In this document: one piece after another, positions 10,765-20,602 of the stretch
How the letters are laid out: each line of letters starts with the position of its first letter
Position numbering within the stretch: position 1 is the stretch's first letter
Assembly (NCBI GenBank): GCA_016869915.1
Contig: VGDA01000001.1
Coordinates: forward strand, 1-44,434
Length of the DNA: 44,434 nt
DNA from: Alphaproteobacteria bacterium
GTDB taxonomy: Bacteria; Pseudomonadota; Alphaproteobacteria; CACIAM-22H2
Reading direction: 5' to 3'
Notes under the pieces: model-generated
The model's input: the letters and a program-made list of their open reading frames with translations, nothing else
The model's database searches: none
What the model was told of the DNA's origin: nothing
Made by a program: the position numbers and the translations under genes

Positions 10765-11439
10765 TCAATGCCGCGGCCGGTCGCCGCCGTCGCCGCCCTG
10801 CAGCGAGCCCATCTCCATCAGCGCGATGAGCGTGCGCGCCCGCTCGGCAGGACCGGGCGCCTCGAGCAGGGCCTGCTTCTCGTTCGGCGAGAAGGGGCAG
10901 ACCATGGCGAGCGTCGTGATGAGCCTGTCGTCCGGCGTCTCGGTGATCGCGCGCCAGTCGGCCGAGATCTCGTTGGTCGCGAAGTAGCGCTTGATCGTGG
11001 CGAGCAGCCGCTGGCGGTCGGCCATCGGCTCGGGCGGCTGGCCGGCCGCGAGCATGTCGCGCCGCCAGGGGGCCCAGTCGACCCGCATCCGGCGATAGCC
11101 GCGCGCGCCATCGACCTCCTCCAGCACGGTGAAGCGGCTGACGCCGGTCAGCGTGATCAGGAAGCGGTAGCGGCCGCCCTCGTGCTCGGCGAAGGACGTG
11201 ATCCGGCCGAGGCAGCCTATCGGGTAGAGCGGCGGCGCGGCATCGGCGGCCGAGGGGTCGAGCGGCTGGATCATGCCGATCGCGCGCTGCGGCGAGCCGA
11301 GCGCGTCCTCGACCATGGCGACGTAGCGCGGCTCGAAGACGTTGAGCGGCAGCCGCCCGCCGGGCAGCAGCAGGACGCCGGCCAGCGGGAAGACCGGGAT
11401 TGTGTCCGCAAGCCTCTCCTCGCCGCCGCCGAGGGTCAT
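10765..11439 (-). CDS. LON peptidase N-terminal (substrate-binding) domain protein
   Basis: Start set at [40 protein letters not shown] (ATG complement 11437..11439). This is the classic LON N-domain opening motif. About 224 aa, with no ATPase or protease domain. Confidence 0.8.
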   Translation of the reverse strand: MTLGGGEERLADTIPVFPLAGVLLLPGGRLPLNVFEPRYVAMVEDALGSPQRAIGMIQPLDPSAADAAPPLYPIGCLGRITSFAEHEGGRYRFLITLTGVSRFTVLEEVDGARGYRRMRVDWAPWRRDMLAAGQPPEPMADRQRLLATIKRYFATNEISADWRAITETPDDRLITTLAMVCPFSPNEKQALLEAPGPAERARTLIALMEMGSLQGGDGGDRPRH

Positions 11440-11459
11440 GGGCGCGCCGCTCCGGCCGC

Positions 11460-12368
11460 TCAGGCGAACATCATCGAGGACAGGCGCCGGCGGCCGGCGA
11501 CGGTCAGCGCATGGGTGGGCCCGAGCGCCTCCCAGAACTTGATCAGCTGCTTGCGCGCGGCGGCGTCGTTCCAGTTGCGATCGCGCCTGAAGCTCTCGAG
11601 AAGCTGGTCCATCGCCGCCTCCTGCTGGCCGCCGCCGAAGAGCGCCACCGCGAGGTCGAGCCGCGCCTGGTGGTCGGCGGGATCGTGGGCGATCTTCTCG
11701 AGCAGCTGGGCGACCTCGCCGCTGGCCTTGTCGGCCTGCTCGGCAAGCTCGACCTGCGTCAGCACCTGCTGGGCCTCGGCGGACTTGCGTGCCTCGGCGG
11801 GGAGCGATTCGACGAGCTGGCGCGCGCGGCCCGGGTCGCCGGAGCCCGCGTAGCAGCGCGCGAGGCCGATCGTCGCGGCCACGTTGCCGGGCTCGTGCGC
11901 CAGCACCTGGCCGAAGATCGCGCTCGCCGTGCCTTCGTCGCCGGCCTCGAATGCGGCCTTGGCCTGCTCGATCGCCTCCTGCACGGGCGAGGGCGCGGCG
12001 GCGCCGCCGAGCTTCTTCACGAACTGGCGGATCTGGCTCTCCGGCAGCGCGCCGACGAAGGCGTCGACGGGCCGGCCGCCCTTGAAGGCGTAGACCGCCG
12101 GGATCGACTGCACGCGCAGCTGCTGGGCAAAGTAGGGATGCTCGTCGGTGTTGATCTTGACCAGGCGGACCGCGCCATTGGCCTCGCGGACCACCTTCTC
12201 GATGACCGGGCCGAGCTGCTTGCAGGGGCCGCACCAAGGGGCCCAGAAATCCACGATGACCGGCGCCTGCTGCGAGGCGACGAGTACGTCCTGCTCGAAG
12301 CTGTCGTCCGTGCCGTCCTTGATGATGTCGCTCGGCGTGGCGGAGCGTCCGCCGATCAGGGTTTCCAT
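11460..12368 (-). CDS. thioredoxin-domain protein with C-terminal TPR-like region (YbbN/CnoX type)
   Basis: Start METLIGG (ATG complement 12366..12368). Thioredoxin fold with active site WAPWCGPCK, followed by an Ala-rich helical-repeat C-terminal half. Confidence 0.85.
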   Translation of the reverse strand: METLIGGRSATPSDIIKDGTDDSFEQDVLVASQQAPVIVDFWAPWCGPCKQLGPVIEKVVREANGAVRLVKINTDEHPYFAQQLRVQSIPAVYAFKGGRPVDAFVGALPESQIRQFVKKLGGAAAPSPVQEAIEQAKAAFEAGDEGTASAIFGQVLAHEPGNVAATIGLARCYAGSGDPGRARQLVESLPAEARKSAEAQQVLTQVELAEQADKASGEVAQLLEKIAHDPADHQARLDLAVALFGGGQQEAAMDQLLESFRRDRNWNDAAARKQLIKFWEALGPTHALTVAGRRRLSSMMFA

Positions 12369-12450
12369 GCTGTCCTCGAACCGGTCTCGTTTCCGGGCCC
12401 CGCCGCGAGGCGGAGAACCTCGGGGTCGCCCCACGCGGGCCACTAGCGCA

Positions 12451-12480
12451 TTAGATGGACGGTTTGCGTGGCCCTGACAA
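12451..12480 (-). promoter_or_regulatory. weak candidate promoter for the thioredoxin-to-ycjF operon
   Basis: The minus strand reads TTGTCA (12475..12480), a 16-nt spacer, then CCATCTAA (12451..12458). It loosely resembles a sigma-70 or sigma-32 type promoter. This is a by-eye call only. Confidence 0.2.
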
Positions 12481-12503
12481 CCCCGCCCTTCCCTTTGCGA
12501 TGC

Positions 12504-12531
12504 TTGCAATCCGATCGTCTCTGGCTATTAT
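12504..12531 (+). promoter_or_regulatory. candidate sigma-70 promoter for tRNA-Gly
   Basis: TTGCAA (12504..12509), a 16-nt spacer, then TATTAT (12526..12531), about 57 nt upstream of the tRNA. Confidence 0.35.
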
Positions 12532-12588
12532 CCGCGCCCGCTTCGCAAGTCCGGTCATGCCGGCGCGCGATGCCCCGGAATGGCGCCC

Positions 12589-12663
12589 GCGGGAGTAGCT
12601 CAGTGGTAGAGCATCACGTTGCCAACGTGAGGGTCGAGGGTTCGAACCCCTTCTCCCGCTCCA
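12589..12663 (+). tRNA. tRNA-Gly (anticodon GCC), CCA encoded
   Basis: Cloverleaf read by eye. Acceptor stem GCGGGAG/CTCCCGC, D arm AGCTCAGTGGTAGAGC, anticodon stem TCACG/CGTGA with loop TTGCCAA, T arm GGTTCGAACCC, and 3' TCCA. Confidence 0.95.
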
Positions 12664-12692
12664 TTCCGAACCCGCAAGCGAAGCCCCTCTCC

Positions 12693-13079
12693 ATGCTCCG
12701 CCGCTCCATTCTCCTAGCCCCCCTCGCCCTGGCGGCGTCCTGCGCCTCCGCGCCGCAGGACCATGACCGCCACGCGATCTTTTTCGCGCCGGACTCCGCC
12801 GATCCCGGCCCCGAGGGCCGGGACCTCGCGCGACGCCTCGCCGCGGAGATCCGCAGCGGCGGCGCGAGGACGGTGCGCATCGAGGCGCACGCCAACCGCA
12901 TGCCCGACGGGTCGGAGAACCTGCCCCTGGCGCGCAGGCGCGCCGATGCCGTGGCCGACGCCCTGCGCGAGGCCGGCGTGGCGCCCGCGGCGATGCGCCG
13001 CGTCGTCATGGGAGAGGCGCAGCGCACGGGCCCCCTCCCCGTCGAGGGCAGGCGGGTCGACATCGTCCTCGAGCGCTGA
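12693..13079 (+). CDS. small OmpA-C-like domain lipoprotein
   Basis: Start MLRRSILLAPLALAASC (ATG 12693) with a lipobox-like LAASC. OmpA-like peptidoglycan-binding segment (RIEAHANRMPDGSENLPLARRRADAVADALREAG). The longer ORF from 12468 would run through the tRNA, so it is rejected. Confidence 0.6.
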   Translation: MLRRSILLAPLALAASCASAPQDHDRHAIFFAPDSADPGPEGRDLARRLAAEIRSGGARTVRIEAHANRMPDGSENLPLARRRADAVADALREAGVAPAAMRRVVMGEAQRTGPLPVEGRRVDIVLER

Positions 13080-13110
13080 GGCGCCCCGGGGCGGTTCGCC
13101 CGCGCGGGCC

Positions 13111-14022
13111 TCAGGGCGTCGCGAGGAAGACCTGGCCCTTCGGGATCTCGCCCACGACCTCGCGCCGGGCGCGGAACTCGACCTCCTGCACGCCGTAGCC
13201 GTGGCCCGCGAAGAACCTCACGACGTCCATCAGTTCGAGGCCCTGGCGCTGCCAGTAGCTCGGCTCGTAGAGGAAGAAGATCTTCGGGCGGTCGCGCTCG
13301 ATCAGGCCGCGCATGCCCTGGAGCGCGTTGTATTCCTCGCCCTGGGCGAGCAGCTTGACCACGTCCACGCGCGGCAGCGGGTTGTCGCGCATCCACTCGT
13401 CGATCGAGACCACCTGCATCTCCACCGATGCGGTCTGCTTGCCGACATTGGCGGCGACGAGGCTCGCGTTGGCGAAGTTCCCGATCGAATCGTCGTGCAG
13501 GTAGAAGGTCCGCGTCTCGCTGCGCGCGGAGACCGCCGCCTCGACCGTGGTCACCCAGTCGATGCCGTTCAGCGCCATGTTCCGGCGCAGCCGGCCCATC
13601 GGGTGCGGGTCGGGCTCGAACACGACCACGCGCCCGGTCGGGCCGACGCGGTTGGCCATGATCACGGAGTGCATGCCGACATTGGCGCCGATGTCGATCG
13701 CGACCTGGCCGGGGCGCAGCATGCGGTTGATCAGCCGCGACACCTCCGGCCGGAAGGCGCCGTAGAAGAAGATGTACCACTCCAGGAAGGACTGCGTGTC
13801 GCAGTGGAAGAGCAACCCCTCGTCGTAGTCGACGACGCTGCGGATCGGCCGGTCGTTGCCCGGCGGGTAGAGCATGCGCACCACGCGGTCGATGCCCCTG
13901 GGCTGGAAGCGACGCGTCGCCCACGCGAGCCAATGCACCCATTCGGGCGCCGGGGGAGAGGGCTGGTCGCTCATCGAACCTCTGGAGGCCGGATCCAGCG
14001 ATCCGGCTATTGAGTGCTGCAT
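13111..14022 (-). CDS. FkbM-family SAM-dependent methyltransferase
   Basis: SAM-binding motif [13 protein letters not shown] and the VFEPDP motif, with the length and layout typical of FkbM. An alternative start is MSDQPS at 13974. Confidence 0.8.
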   Translation of the reverse strand: MQHSIAGSLDPASRGSMSDQPSPPAPEWVHWLAWATRRFQPRGIDRVVRMLYPPGNDRPIRSVVDYDEGLLFHCDTQSFLEWYIFFYGAFRPEVSRLINRMLRPGQVAIDIGANVGMHSVIMANRVGPTGRVVVFEPDPHPMGRLRRNMALNGIDWVTTVEAAVSARSETRTFYLHDDSIGNFANASLVAANVGKQTASVEMQVVSIDEWMRDNPLPRVDVVKLLAQGEEYNALQGMRGLIERDRPKIFFLYEPSYWQRQGLELMDVVRFFAGHGYGVQEVEFRARREVVGEIPKGQVFLATP

Positions 14023-14133
14023 GTGCGTGTCCGGTTATCCGTTGCCCGCGCGCCCTGTCAAGGACGGGGGTCCCGGACGGGCGGCGGTGGGACAACGCAG
14101 GCCCGGCGCGGTTTCTTCCCGCGCGGCGCGCGC

Positions 14134-15711
14134 TCAGTGCCGGAAATGCCGCATGCCGGTGAACACCATGGCGAGGCCGCGCGCGTCGGCGGCGGCGACC
14201 ACCTCGGCGTCGCGGATCGAGCCGCCGGGCTGGATCACCGCCGTGACGCCCGCCTCGGCCGCGGCGACGAGGCCGTCGGCGAAGGGGAAGAAGGCGTCCG
14301 AGGCGACGACCGAGCCGATCGCGCGGCTGCGCGCCTCGCCCGCGGCCTTCGCCCCCTCCGCGGCCTTCCAGGCGGCGATGCGCGAGGAATCGATCCGGCT
14401 CATCTGCCCGGCGCCGATGCCAACCGTCGCGCCATCCCTCGCGTAGACGATCGCGTTCGACTTCACGTGCTTGGCGACCGCGAAGGCGAAGAGCAGGTCG
14501 TCGAGCTCGCGCGCGTCCGGCGCGCGCTTCGTCACGACCCTGAGGTCGGCGCGCGCGACGCGGCCGGCGTCGCGGTCCTGGACGAGGTAGCCGCCGGCGA
14601 GCGTGCGCACCGACAGCCCGCCCGCCGCGGGATCGGGCACGCCGCCGGTGACCAGCAGGCGGAGGTTCTTCTTCGCGGCGATGATCGCCTGGGCCTCGGC
14701 CGTCGCCTCGGGCGCCACGATGACCTCGACGAAGAGCTTCGCGATCTCGCCCGCGGTCTCCGCGTCGAGCGGGCGGTTGAGCGCGACGATGCCGCCGAAG
14801 GCGCTGACCGGGTCGCAGTCCAGCGCCCTCAGATACGCCTCGCGCGGCGTCGCGCCGCGCGCCACGCCGCAGGGATTGGCATGCTTGACGACGACGCAGG
14901 CCGGATCGGCGAACTCGGCCACCGCCTCGAAGGCGGCGTCGGTGTCGTTGTAGTTGTTGTAGGAGAGCTCCTTGCCCTGGAGCTGGCGCGCGGTCGCGAC
15001 GCCGGGCCGCGCCGGGCCGCCGGCGTAGAACGCGGCCGCCTGGTGCGGGTTCTCGCCGTAGCGCAGCACCTCGCGCCGCTCGCCCGCCAGCACGAGGCGC
15101 GCCGGCCAGGCGTCGCCGTTCTGCGCCGCGAACCAGCGCGAGATCGCGGCGTCGTAGGCGCCGGTGCGCGCATAGGCGGCGGCCGCGAGGCGGCGGCGCA
15201 GCGCCGCTGTCGTCGCGCCGCCATGCGCGTCCATCTCCGCGACCAGCGCGGCGTAGTCGGCCGCCTCGACGACGACCGCGACCGAATCGTGGTTCTTGGC
15301 GGCGGCGCGGATCATCGCCGGGCCGCCGATGTCGATGTTCTCGATCGCGGTCGCGAAGTCGGCGCCGCGCGCGATTGTCGCCTCGAACGGATAGAGGTTG
15401 ACCACGAGGAGGTCGATCGGCGCGATGCCATGCGCCTGCATCGCCGCGACATGCGCCGCGTCGTCGCGCCGCGCCAGCAGCCCGCCATGGATCCGCGGGT
15501 GCAGCGTCTTCACGCGCCCGTCCATGATCTCCGGGAAGCCGGTGTGCTCGCCGACCTCGACGACGCGATGCCCGGCCTCGCGCAGCGCCCTGGCCGTGCC
15601 GCCCGTGGACAGGATCTCGACGCCATGCCGCGCGAGGCAGGCGGCGAGCTCGAGGAGCCCCGTCTTGTCGGAGACGGAGACGAGGGCGCGGGTGATCCTG
15701 GCCTTGTCCAT
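14134..15711 (-). CDS. purH: bifunctional AICAR transformylase / IMP cyclohydrolase
   Basis: 525 aa. N-terminal MGS-like domain ([11 protein letters not shown]...STGGTA...GRVKTLHP) and a C-terminal AICARFT domain. Confidence 0.97.
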   Translation of the reverse strand: MDKARITRALVSVSDKTGLLELAACLARHGVEILSTGGTARALREAGHRVVEVGEHTGFPEIMDGRVKTLHPRIHGGLLARRDDAAHVAAMQAHGIAPIDLLVVNLYPFEATIARGADFATAIENIDIGGPAMIRAAAKNHDSVAVVVEAADYAALVAEMDAHGGATTAALRRRLAAAAYARTGAYDAAISRWFAAQNGDAWPARLVLAGERREVLRYGENPHQAAAFYAGGPARPGVATARQLQGKELSYNNYNDTDAAFEAVAEFADPACVVVKHANPCGVARGATPREAYLRALDCDPVSAFGGIVALNRPLDAETAGEIAKLFVEVIVAPEATAEAQAIIAAKKNLRLLVTGGVPDPAAGGLSVRTLAGGYLVQDRDAGRVARADLRVVTKRAPDARELDDLLFAFAVAKHVKSNAIVYARDGATVGIGAGQMSRIDSSRIAAWKAAEGAKAAGEARSRAIGSVVASDAFFPFADGLVAAAEAGVTAVIQPGGSIRDAEVVAAADARGLAMVFTGMRHFRH

Positions 15712-15790
15712 TTCACGTGACTCGCTGGCTGGTGGTGGCGCGACGCGGGCGCCCGTCTAGCAAGAAACCGCGCCGGCTTGTAACCCCGCG

Positions 15791-17686
15791 TCAGGACGTC
15801 GCGGCGAATTCCGGGACCATGCGGCGCAGCGCGGCGAGCAGTTCCGCCTCGCGGCCGGCGCGTGCCAGTGCCTCCAGCTCGTCGAAGCCGCGCGCCAGCG
15901 CCTCGGCGTCGCCCGCGCGCGGATCGGCCAGCCTGATCCCCGCGAGCGTCGTCGGCGCGAGCGGCTCGGCGGCGTGGAAGAGCTCCTCCTCGAGCTTTTC
16001 CGCTGGCCGCAGCCCGGTGAACACGACCTTGACGTCGCGCTCCGGCTTCAGCCCCGCGAGCAGGATCATGCGCCGCGCGAGGTCGGCGATGCGCACCGGC
16101 GCGCCCATGTCGAGGACGAAGAGCTTGCCGCCCGTGGCGGCGGCGTCGCGCGTGCCGAGCGCGGAGGCCTGCAGCACGAGCTCGACCGCCTCGCGCACGG
16201 TCATGAAGTAGCGCTTCATGTCGGGGTGGGTGACGGTCAGCGGCCCGCCCGCGGCGAGCTGGCGCTGGAAGAGCGGCACGACCGAGCCGGTCGAGCCGAG
16301 CACGTTGCCGAAGCGCACGGTGACGTAGCGCGTCCCGCCCGCGCCCGCGCCCGCGGCGCGGTCGAGGGCCTGGCAATAGGCCTCGGCGAGGCGCTTGGTG
16401 GCGCCCATGACGTTGGTCGGGTTGACGGCCTTGTCGGTGGAGATCGCCACCATCGCGGCCACGCCGTGGGCGCGCGCGAGGTCGGCGACGTTGCGCGTGC
16501 CGCAGATGTTGGTGAGCGCGCCCTCGGCCGGGTGCGCCTCCACCATCGGGACGTGCTTGAGCGCGGCGGCGTGGAACACGAGCTCGGGCCGCGCCTCGGC
16601 GAAGGCGCGCGCCAGGCGCTCGCGGTCGCGCACGTCCGCCAGGACGGCCCTGCGCGCCAGCGCGGGCTGGCGCTCGCCGACCTCGAGGTCGATCGCGTAG
16701 AGCGCGTATTCCGAGCTGTCGAGCAGCACGAGCTCGGCGGGCGCGAGATCGGCGATCTGGCGCGCGAGCTCGGAGCCGATCGAGCCGCCGGCGCCGGTGA
16801 GCAGCACGCGTCGCCCCGCGACGAGCGCCTCGACCGGCGCGCGGTCGAGCACGGCCTGGGAGCGGCCGAGGAGGTCCTCGATCGCGATCGGGCGCACGTC
16901 CTGGCGCGCCTGCCCGGCGCTGCGCAGCTCGGTGAGCCGCGGCAGCCGAGCCACGGCGATGCCGAGGCGCTCGCCCTCGTCGAGCAGCTTCTCGAGCCTC
17001 TCGCCCGCGAACTCGGCGCGGGTGACGACGATGCGCTGGGGCTTGCGGCTGCGCGCGGCGAGCTGCTCGACGATCAGGGGCAGCTCGTCGACCTGGCCCA
17101 GGACCTGGAGCCCTCGCAGGGAGCGGCCGCGCCGGGCCCCCGTCTCGTCGAGGAGGCCGACGACCGCGTAGGGCGCGCCGGGGCGTTCGCTCGCCTCGAT
17201 GAAGCGCTCGGCCTCGGCGCCGGCGCCGACCAGCAGGACGGGCACGCGGCCGGGATCCGCGGCGCCCGACAGGTCGAAGCGGCCATCCTTCGCCAGGCGA
17301 TAGAGGATGCGCGGGCCCGAGAGCAGGAGGATGAGCACGAACCAGGCGATGACGAGCGCGGAACGCGGGTAGTCCTCGAGCCGCGTGAACGCGAACATCG
17401 CGGCGAGGTGGAACAGCACGATCAGCGTGCTTGCCCGGGTGATCCGCGCGAGGTCGGGGAAGGAGGCGAAGCGCCAGATGCCGCGATAGAGGCCGAGCCA
17501 GCGGAACACCGCGGCGGCGATGGCGGCGAAGAGCGCGCAGCCGCCCAGCAGCAGCGTCTCGTCGGCGCGCGCGAAATCCTCGCCCAGCCGCAGCCACAGC
17601 GCGAGGACATAGGCGATCGCCGCCATCGCCACGTCGTGGGCGAAGGCGATGGCGAGCTTGGTCGAGGTGCCGATCGTCAGGCGCAT
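15791..17686 (-). CDS. membrane-anchored nucleotide-sugar 4,6-dehydratase/epimerase (CapD/PglF/WbpM family)
   Basis: Start MRLTIGTSTK (ATG complement 17684..17686). Four N-terminal TM helices, a Rossmann fold TGAGGSIGSEL, and HAAALKHVP...STDKAVNPTNVMGATKR typical of this family. Confidence 0.85.
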   Translation of the reverse strand: MRLTIGTSTKLAIAFAHDVAMAAIAYVLALWLRLGEDFARADETLLLGGCALFAAIAAAVFRWLGLYRGIWRFASFPDLARITRASTLIVLFHLAAMFAFTRLEDYPRSALVIAWFVLILLLSGPRILYRLAKDGRFDLSGAADPGRVPVLLVGAGAEAERFIEASERPGAPYAVVGLLDETGARRGRSLRGLQVLGQVDELPLIVEQLAARSRKPQRIVVTRAEFAGERLEKLLDEGERLGIAVARLPRLTELRSAGQARQDVRPIAIEDLLGRSQAVLDRAPVEALVAGRRVLLTGAGGSIGSELARQIADLAPAELVLLDSSEYALYAIDLEVGERQPALARRAVLADVRDRERLARAFAEARPELVFHAAALKHVPMVEAHPAEGALTNICGTRNVADLARAHGVAAMVAISTDKAVNPTNVMGATKRLAEAYCQALDRAAGAGAGGTRYVTVRFGNVLGSTGSVVPLFQRQLAAGGPLTVTHPDMKRYFMTVREAVELVLQASALGTRDAAATGGKLFVLDMGAPVRIADLARRMILLAGLKPERDVKVVFTGLRPAEKLEEELFHAAEPLAPTTLAGIRLADPRAGDAEALARGFDELEALARAGREAELLAALRRMVPEFAATS

Positions 17687-17741
17687 TGTCCGTCCGGGAA
17701 GCCTTGTCGCGGCCTCTCTAGCACGGCTGGCGGGCGACGGC

Positions 17742-20420
17742 TCATGGCGGCGGCAGCAGCGCGCGCAGGCGGTAGAGCGCCTCGAGCGCCTCGCGCGGCG
17801 TGAGGTCGTCGGGCGCGACGCGGCGCAGCTCCGCCTCGACCGCGGAGGGCGCGATGCGCGGCGCCGGCGCGGCCGCGGCGGCGCTGAACAGCGGCAGGTC
17901 CTCGGCGAGCCGCGCCACGTCGCCGCGCGCGTCGTCGCGCTCGAGCGCCGCCAGCACCTCCTCGGCGCGGGCGACGACCGGCGCCGGCAGCCCGGCGAGC
18001 CGCGCGACATGGATGCCGTAGGAGCGGTCGGCGGTGCCCGGCGCGACCTCGTGCAGGAACACGACCTCGCCCTGCCATTCGCGCACCCGCATCGTGTGGC
18101 AGGCGAGGCCGGGCAGCCGCGCGGCGAGCGCGGTGAGCTCGTGGTAGTGCGTCGCGAAGAGCGCGCGGCAGCGGTTGGATTCGTGCAGGCCCTCGATCGT
18201 CGCCCAGGCGATGGACAACCCGTCGAAGGTCGCCGTGCCGCGGCCGATCTCGTCGAGGATGACGAGCGAGCGCGGGCCGGCGCGGTTCAGGATCGCCGCC
18301 GTCTCGACCATCTCGACCATGAAGGTGGAGCGCCCGCGCGCGAGGTCGTCGGCGGCGCCGACGCGGCTGAACAGCCGGTCGACGAGGCCGATGCGCGCGC
18401 GCGCCGCCGGCACGAAGCTGCCGGCCTGGGCGAGGATGGCGATCAGCGCGTTCTGGCGCAGGAAGGTCGACTTGCCGGCCATGTTCGGGCCGGTGAGCAG
18501 CCAGAGCCGCGCGCCCTCGCCGGCGTCGAGCCGGCAGTCGTTGGGCACGAAGGATTCGCCCGCGGCCAGGCGCGCGGCCTCGACCACGGGATGGCGCCCG
18601 CCCTCGACCTCGAAGGCGCCGGACCCGTCGACCACCGGCCGGCGCCAGTCGCGCGCGACGGCGAGCTCGGCCAGCGCCGCGGCGACGTCGAGCCGGGCCA
18701 GCGCGCGCGCCGCCGCCGAGATCTCCTCCGCGCGCGCGGCGGCCTCCGCTCGCAGCGCCTCGAAATGCTGCATCTCCAGCGCCAGCGCGCGGTCGCCGGC
18801 GGAGACGATGCGCTGCTCGAGCTCGGAGAGCTCGGTGGTCGAGAAGCGTACCGCGCCGGCCATGGTCTGGCGGTGGATGAAGGCGGGGTCGGCGCGCAGC
18901 CTGTCGCCGTGCTGCGCGCCCACCTCGATGTAGTAGCCGAGCACGTTGTTGTGGCGCAGCTTGAGCGACGCGATGCCGGTCGACGCGGCGTAGCGCGCCT
19001 GCAGCGCCGCCACGTGCTGGCGCCCGTCGTCGCGCAGCGCGCGCAACTCGTCGAGCGCGGGATCGAAGCCGGGCGCGACGAAGCCGCCATCGGACGCGGC
19101 GAGCGGCAGGGATGGGGCAAGCGCGCGCCCGAGCAGGCCGACGATCTCGCCATGCGTGCCCAGCGCGGCGCGCGTCTCCTCGAGCAGCGCCGGCGCCGCG
19201 GCGAGGCCGGCGGGCGCGGTGGCGTCCCGGATCCGCGGCACCGCCGACAGGCCGTCGCGCAGCGCCGCGAGGTCGCGCGGGCCGCCGCGCCCGAGGCCAA
19301 GGCGCTGCAGCGCGCGCTCGATGTCGGGCATGCGCTTCAGCTCCGCGCGCAGCTCGCCGCGCGCCTGCGCGGCGTCGACGAGGAAGGCGACCATGTCGAG
19401 CCGCGCGTCGATCGGCCCGCGCGCGCGCAGCGGCCCCGCGACGTCGGCGCCGAGCAGCCGCGCGCCAGCGCCGGTCAGCGTCCAGTCCACCGCGTCGAGC
19501 AGGGAGCCCTTGCGCGCGCCGTCGAGCGTCGCCTCGACCTCGAGGTTGCGCCGCGTCGCGGGGTCGATCTCCATGAACCCGTCGCTGGCGCAGGGCGAGG
19601 GCGGCGACAGCCGCGGCAGGCGCCCCTTCTGCGTGAGCTCAACGTAGTCGACGAGCGCGCCGGCGGCGGCGAGCGCGGCGCGGCCGAACTGGCCGAAGGC
19701 GTCGAGCGTGCCCACGCGGTAGAGCGCCTCGAGGCGTCGCCGCCCGTTCTCGCTGTCGAAGCGCGGCGAGGGCAGCGGCGTCAGCGCGGCCTTCCACTCG
19801 CCGAGCGCGGCCGCGACGTCCTCGCGCCCGATCGCGCGGTCGGAGACGAGCAGCTCGCCCGGCGCGACGCGCGCCAGCGCGGCCGGCAGGTCCGCCATGC
19901 CGGACACGTCCTGGACGAGGAAGGTGCCGACCGACATGTCTATCCAGGCCAGCGCGACCTCGCCCTGCGCGAGGCCGAGCGCGGCGAGGTGGTTGTGCCG
20001 CCGCGCGTCGAGCAGCGAATCCTCGGTGAGCGTGCCGGGCGTGATCACGCGCGTGACGTCGCGCCGCACCACGGACTTTGCGCCGCGCCGGCGCGCCTCC
20101 GCGGGGTCCTCGAGCTGGTCGCAGATCGCGACGCGGTGGCCGCCGCGGATCAGGCGCAGCAGGTAGGCCTCGTGGCTGTGCACCGGCACGCCGCACATCG
20201 GGATGTCGGCGCCGAGATGCTTGCCGCGCTTCGTCAGCGTGAGGTCGAGCGCCCGCGCCGCGACCTCCGCGTCCTCGAAGAAGAGCTCGTAGAAATCGCC
20301 CATCCGGTAGAAGAGCAGCGCGCCCGGGTGCCTCGCCTTCACGTCGAGATACTGCGCCATCATGGGCGTGATGGCGCCGTCGGCGGCGGCCTCCGTCGTC
20401 GGGGCGGGATTCGGGTCCAT
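17742..20420 (-). CDS. mutS: DNA mismatch repair protein MutS
   Basis: Start MDPNPAPTT (ATG complement 20418..20420). Mismatch-binding motif TPMMAQYL...[11 protein letters not shown] and Walker [14 protein letters not shown]. Confidence 0.97.
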   Translation of the reverse strand: MDPNPAPTTEAAADGAITPMMAQYLDVKARHPGALLFYRMGDFYELFFEDAEVAARALDLTLTKRGKHLGADIPMCGVPVHSHEAYLLRLIRGGHRVAICDQLEDPAEARRRGAKSVVRRDVTRVITPGTLTEDSLLDARRHNHLAALGLAQGEVALAWIDMSVGTFLVQDVSGMADLPAALARVAPGELLVSDRAIGREDVAAALGEWKAALTPLPSPRFDSENGRRRLEALYRVGTLDAFGQFGRAALAAAGALVDYVELTQKGRLPRLSPPSPCASDGFMEIDPATRRNLEVEATLDGARKGSLLDAVDWTLTGAGARLLGADVAGPLRARGPIDARLDMVAFLVDAAQARGELRAELKRMPDIERALQRLGLGRGGPRDLAALRDGLSAVPRIRDATAPAGLAAAPALLEETRAALGTHGEIVGLLGRALAPSLPLAASDGGFVAPGFDPALDELRALRDDGRQHVAALQARYAASTGIASLKLRHNNVLGYYIEVGAQHGDRLRADPAFIHRQTMAGAVRFSTTELSELEQRIVSAGDRALALEMQHFEALRAEAAARAEEISAAARALARLDVAAALAELAVARDWRRPVVDGSGAFEVEGGRHPVVEAARLAAGESFVPNDCRLDAGEGARLWLLTGPNMAGKSTFLRQNALIAILAQAGSFVPAARARIGLVDRLFSRVGAADDLARGRSTFMVEMVETAAILNRAGPRSLVILDEIGRGTATFDGLSIAWATIEGLHESNRCRALFATHYHELTALAARLPGLACHTMRVREWQGEVVFLHEVAPGTADRSYGIHVARLAGLPAPVVARAEEVLAALERDDARGDVARLAEDLPLFSAAAAAPAPRIAPSAVEAELRRVAPDDLTPREALEALYRLRALLPPP

Positions 20421-20501
20421 TTGCGTGCCCGGGGTAAACCAGCGCAGGCCCCGCTTCAAGCCGCGTGCCATTCCCGGTGTGCAGTGCAGCGTGCGCGTGC
20501 T

Positions 20502-20531
20502 TTGACGGGCCCGTGGCCGAGCCCCTAGTTT
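20502..20531 (+). promoter_or_regulatory. candidate sigma-70 promoter for maeB
   Basis: TTGACG (20502..20507), about 16 nt, then CCTAGTTT. This is similar to the alphaproteobacterial TTGACGS...GCTANAWC pattern. It lies about 70 nt upstream of the ATG. Confidence 0.3.
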
Positions 20532-20602
20532 CGCTTGACGGCACGATCCGGGCGGTTGCCCGCTGGACCGGGAGCGCGCCGCCACCAAGGGCGAGGACGA
20601 GA

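Noticed and set aside
13082-13109. Two 12-bp GC palindromes (CGCCCCGGGGCG and GCCCGCGCGGGC) between the convergent OmpA-like and FkbM genes, considered as a bidirectional terminator.
   Set aside because: The stems have no real loops and no flanking T or A tracts. Such GC palindromes are frequent by chance in DNA of this composition. They may still act as weak terminators, but I cannot support the call.
12589-14022. tRNA-Gly as an integration site, with the OmpA-like lipoprotein and FkbM methyltransferase as a small genomic islet.
   Set aside because: There is no integrase and no direct repeat of the tRNA 3' end downstream that I could find. I saw no visible compositional shift. purH follows immediately.
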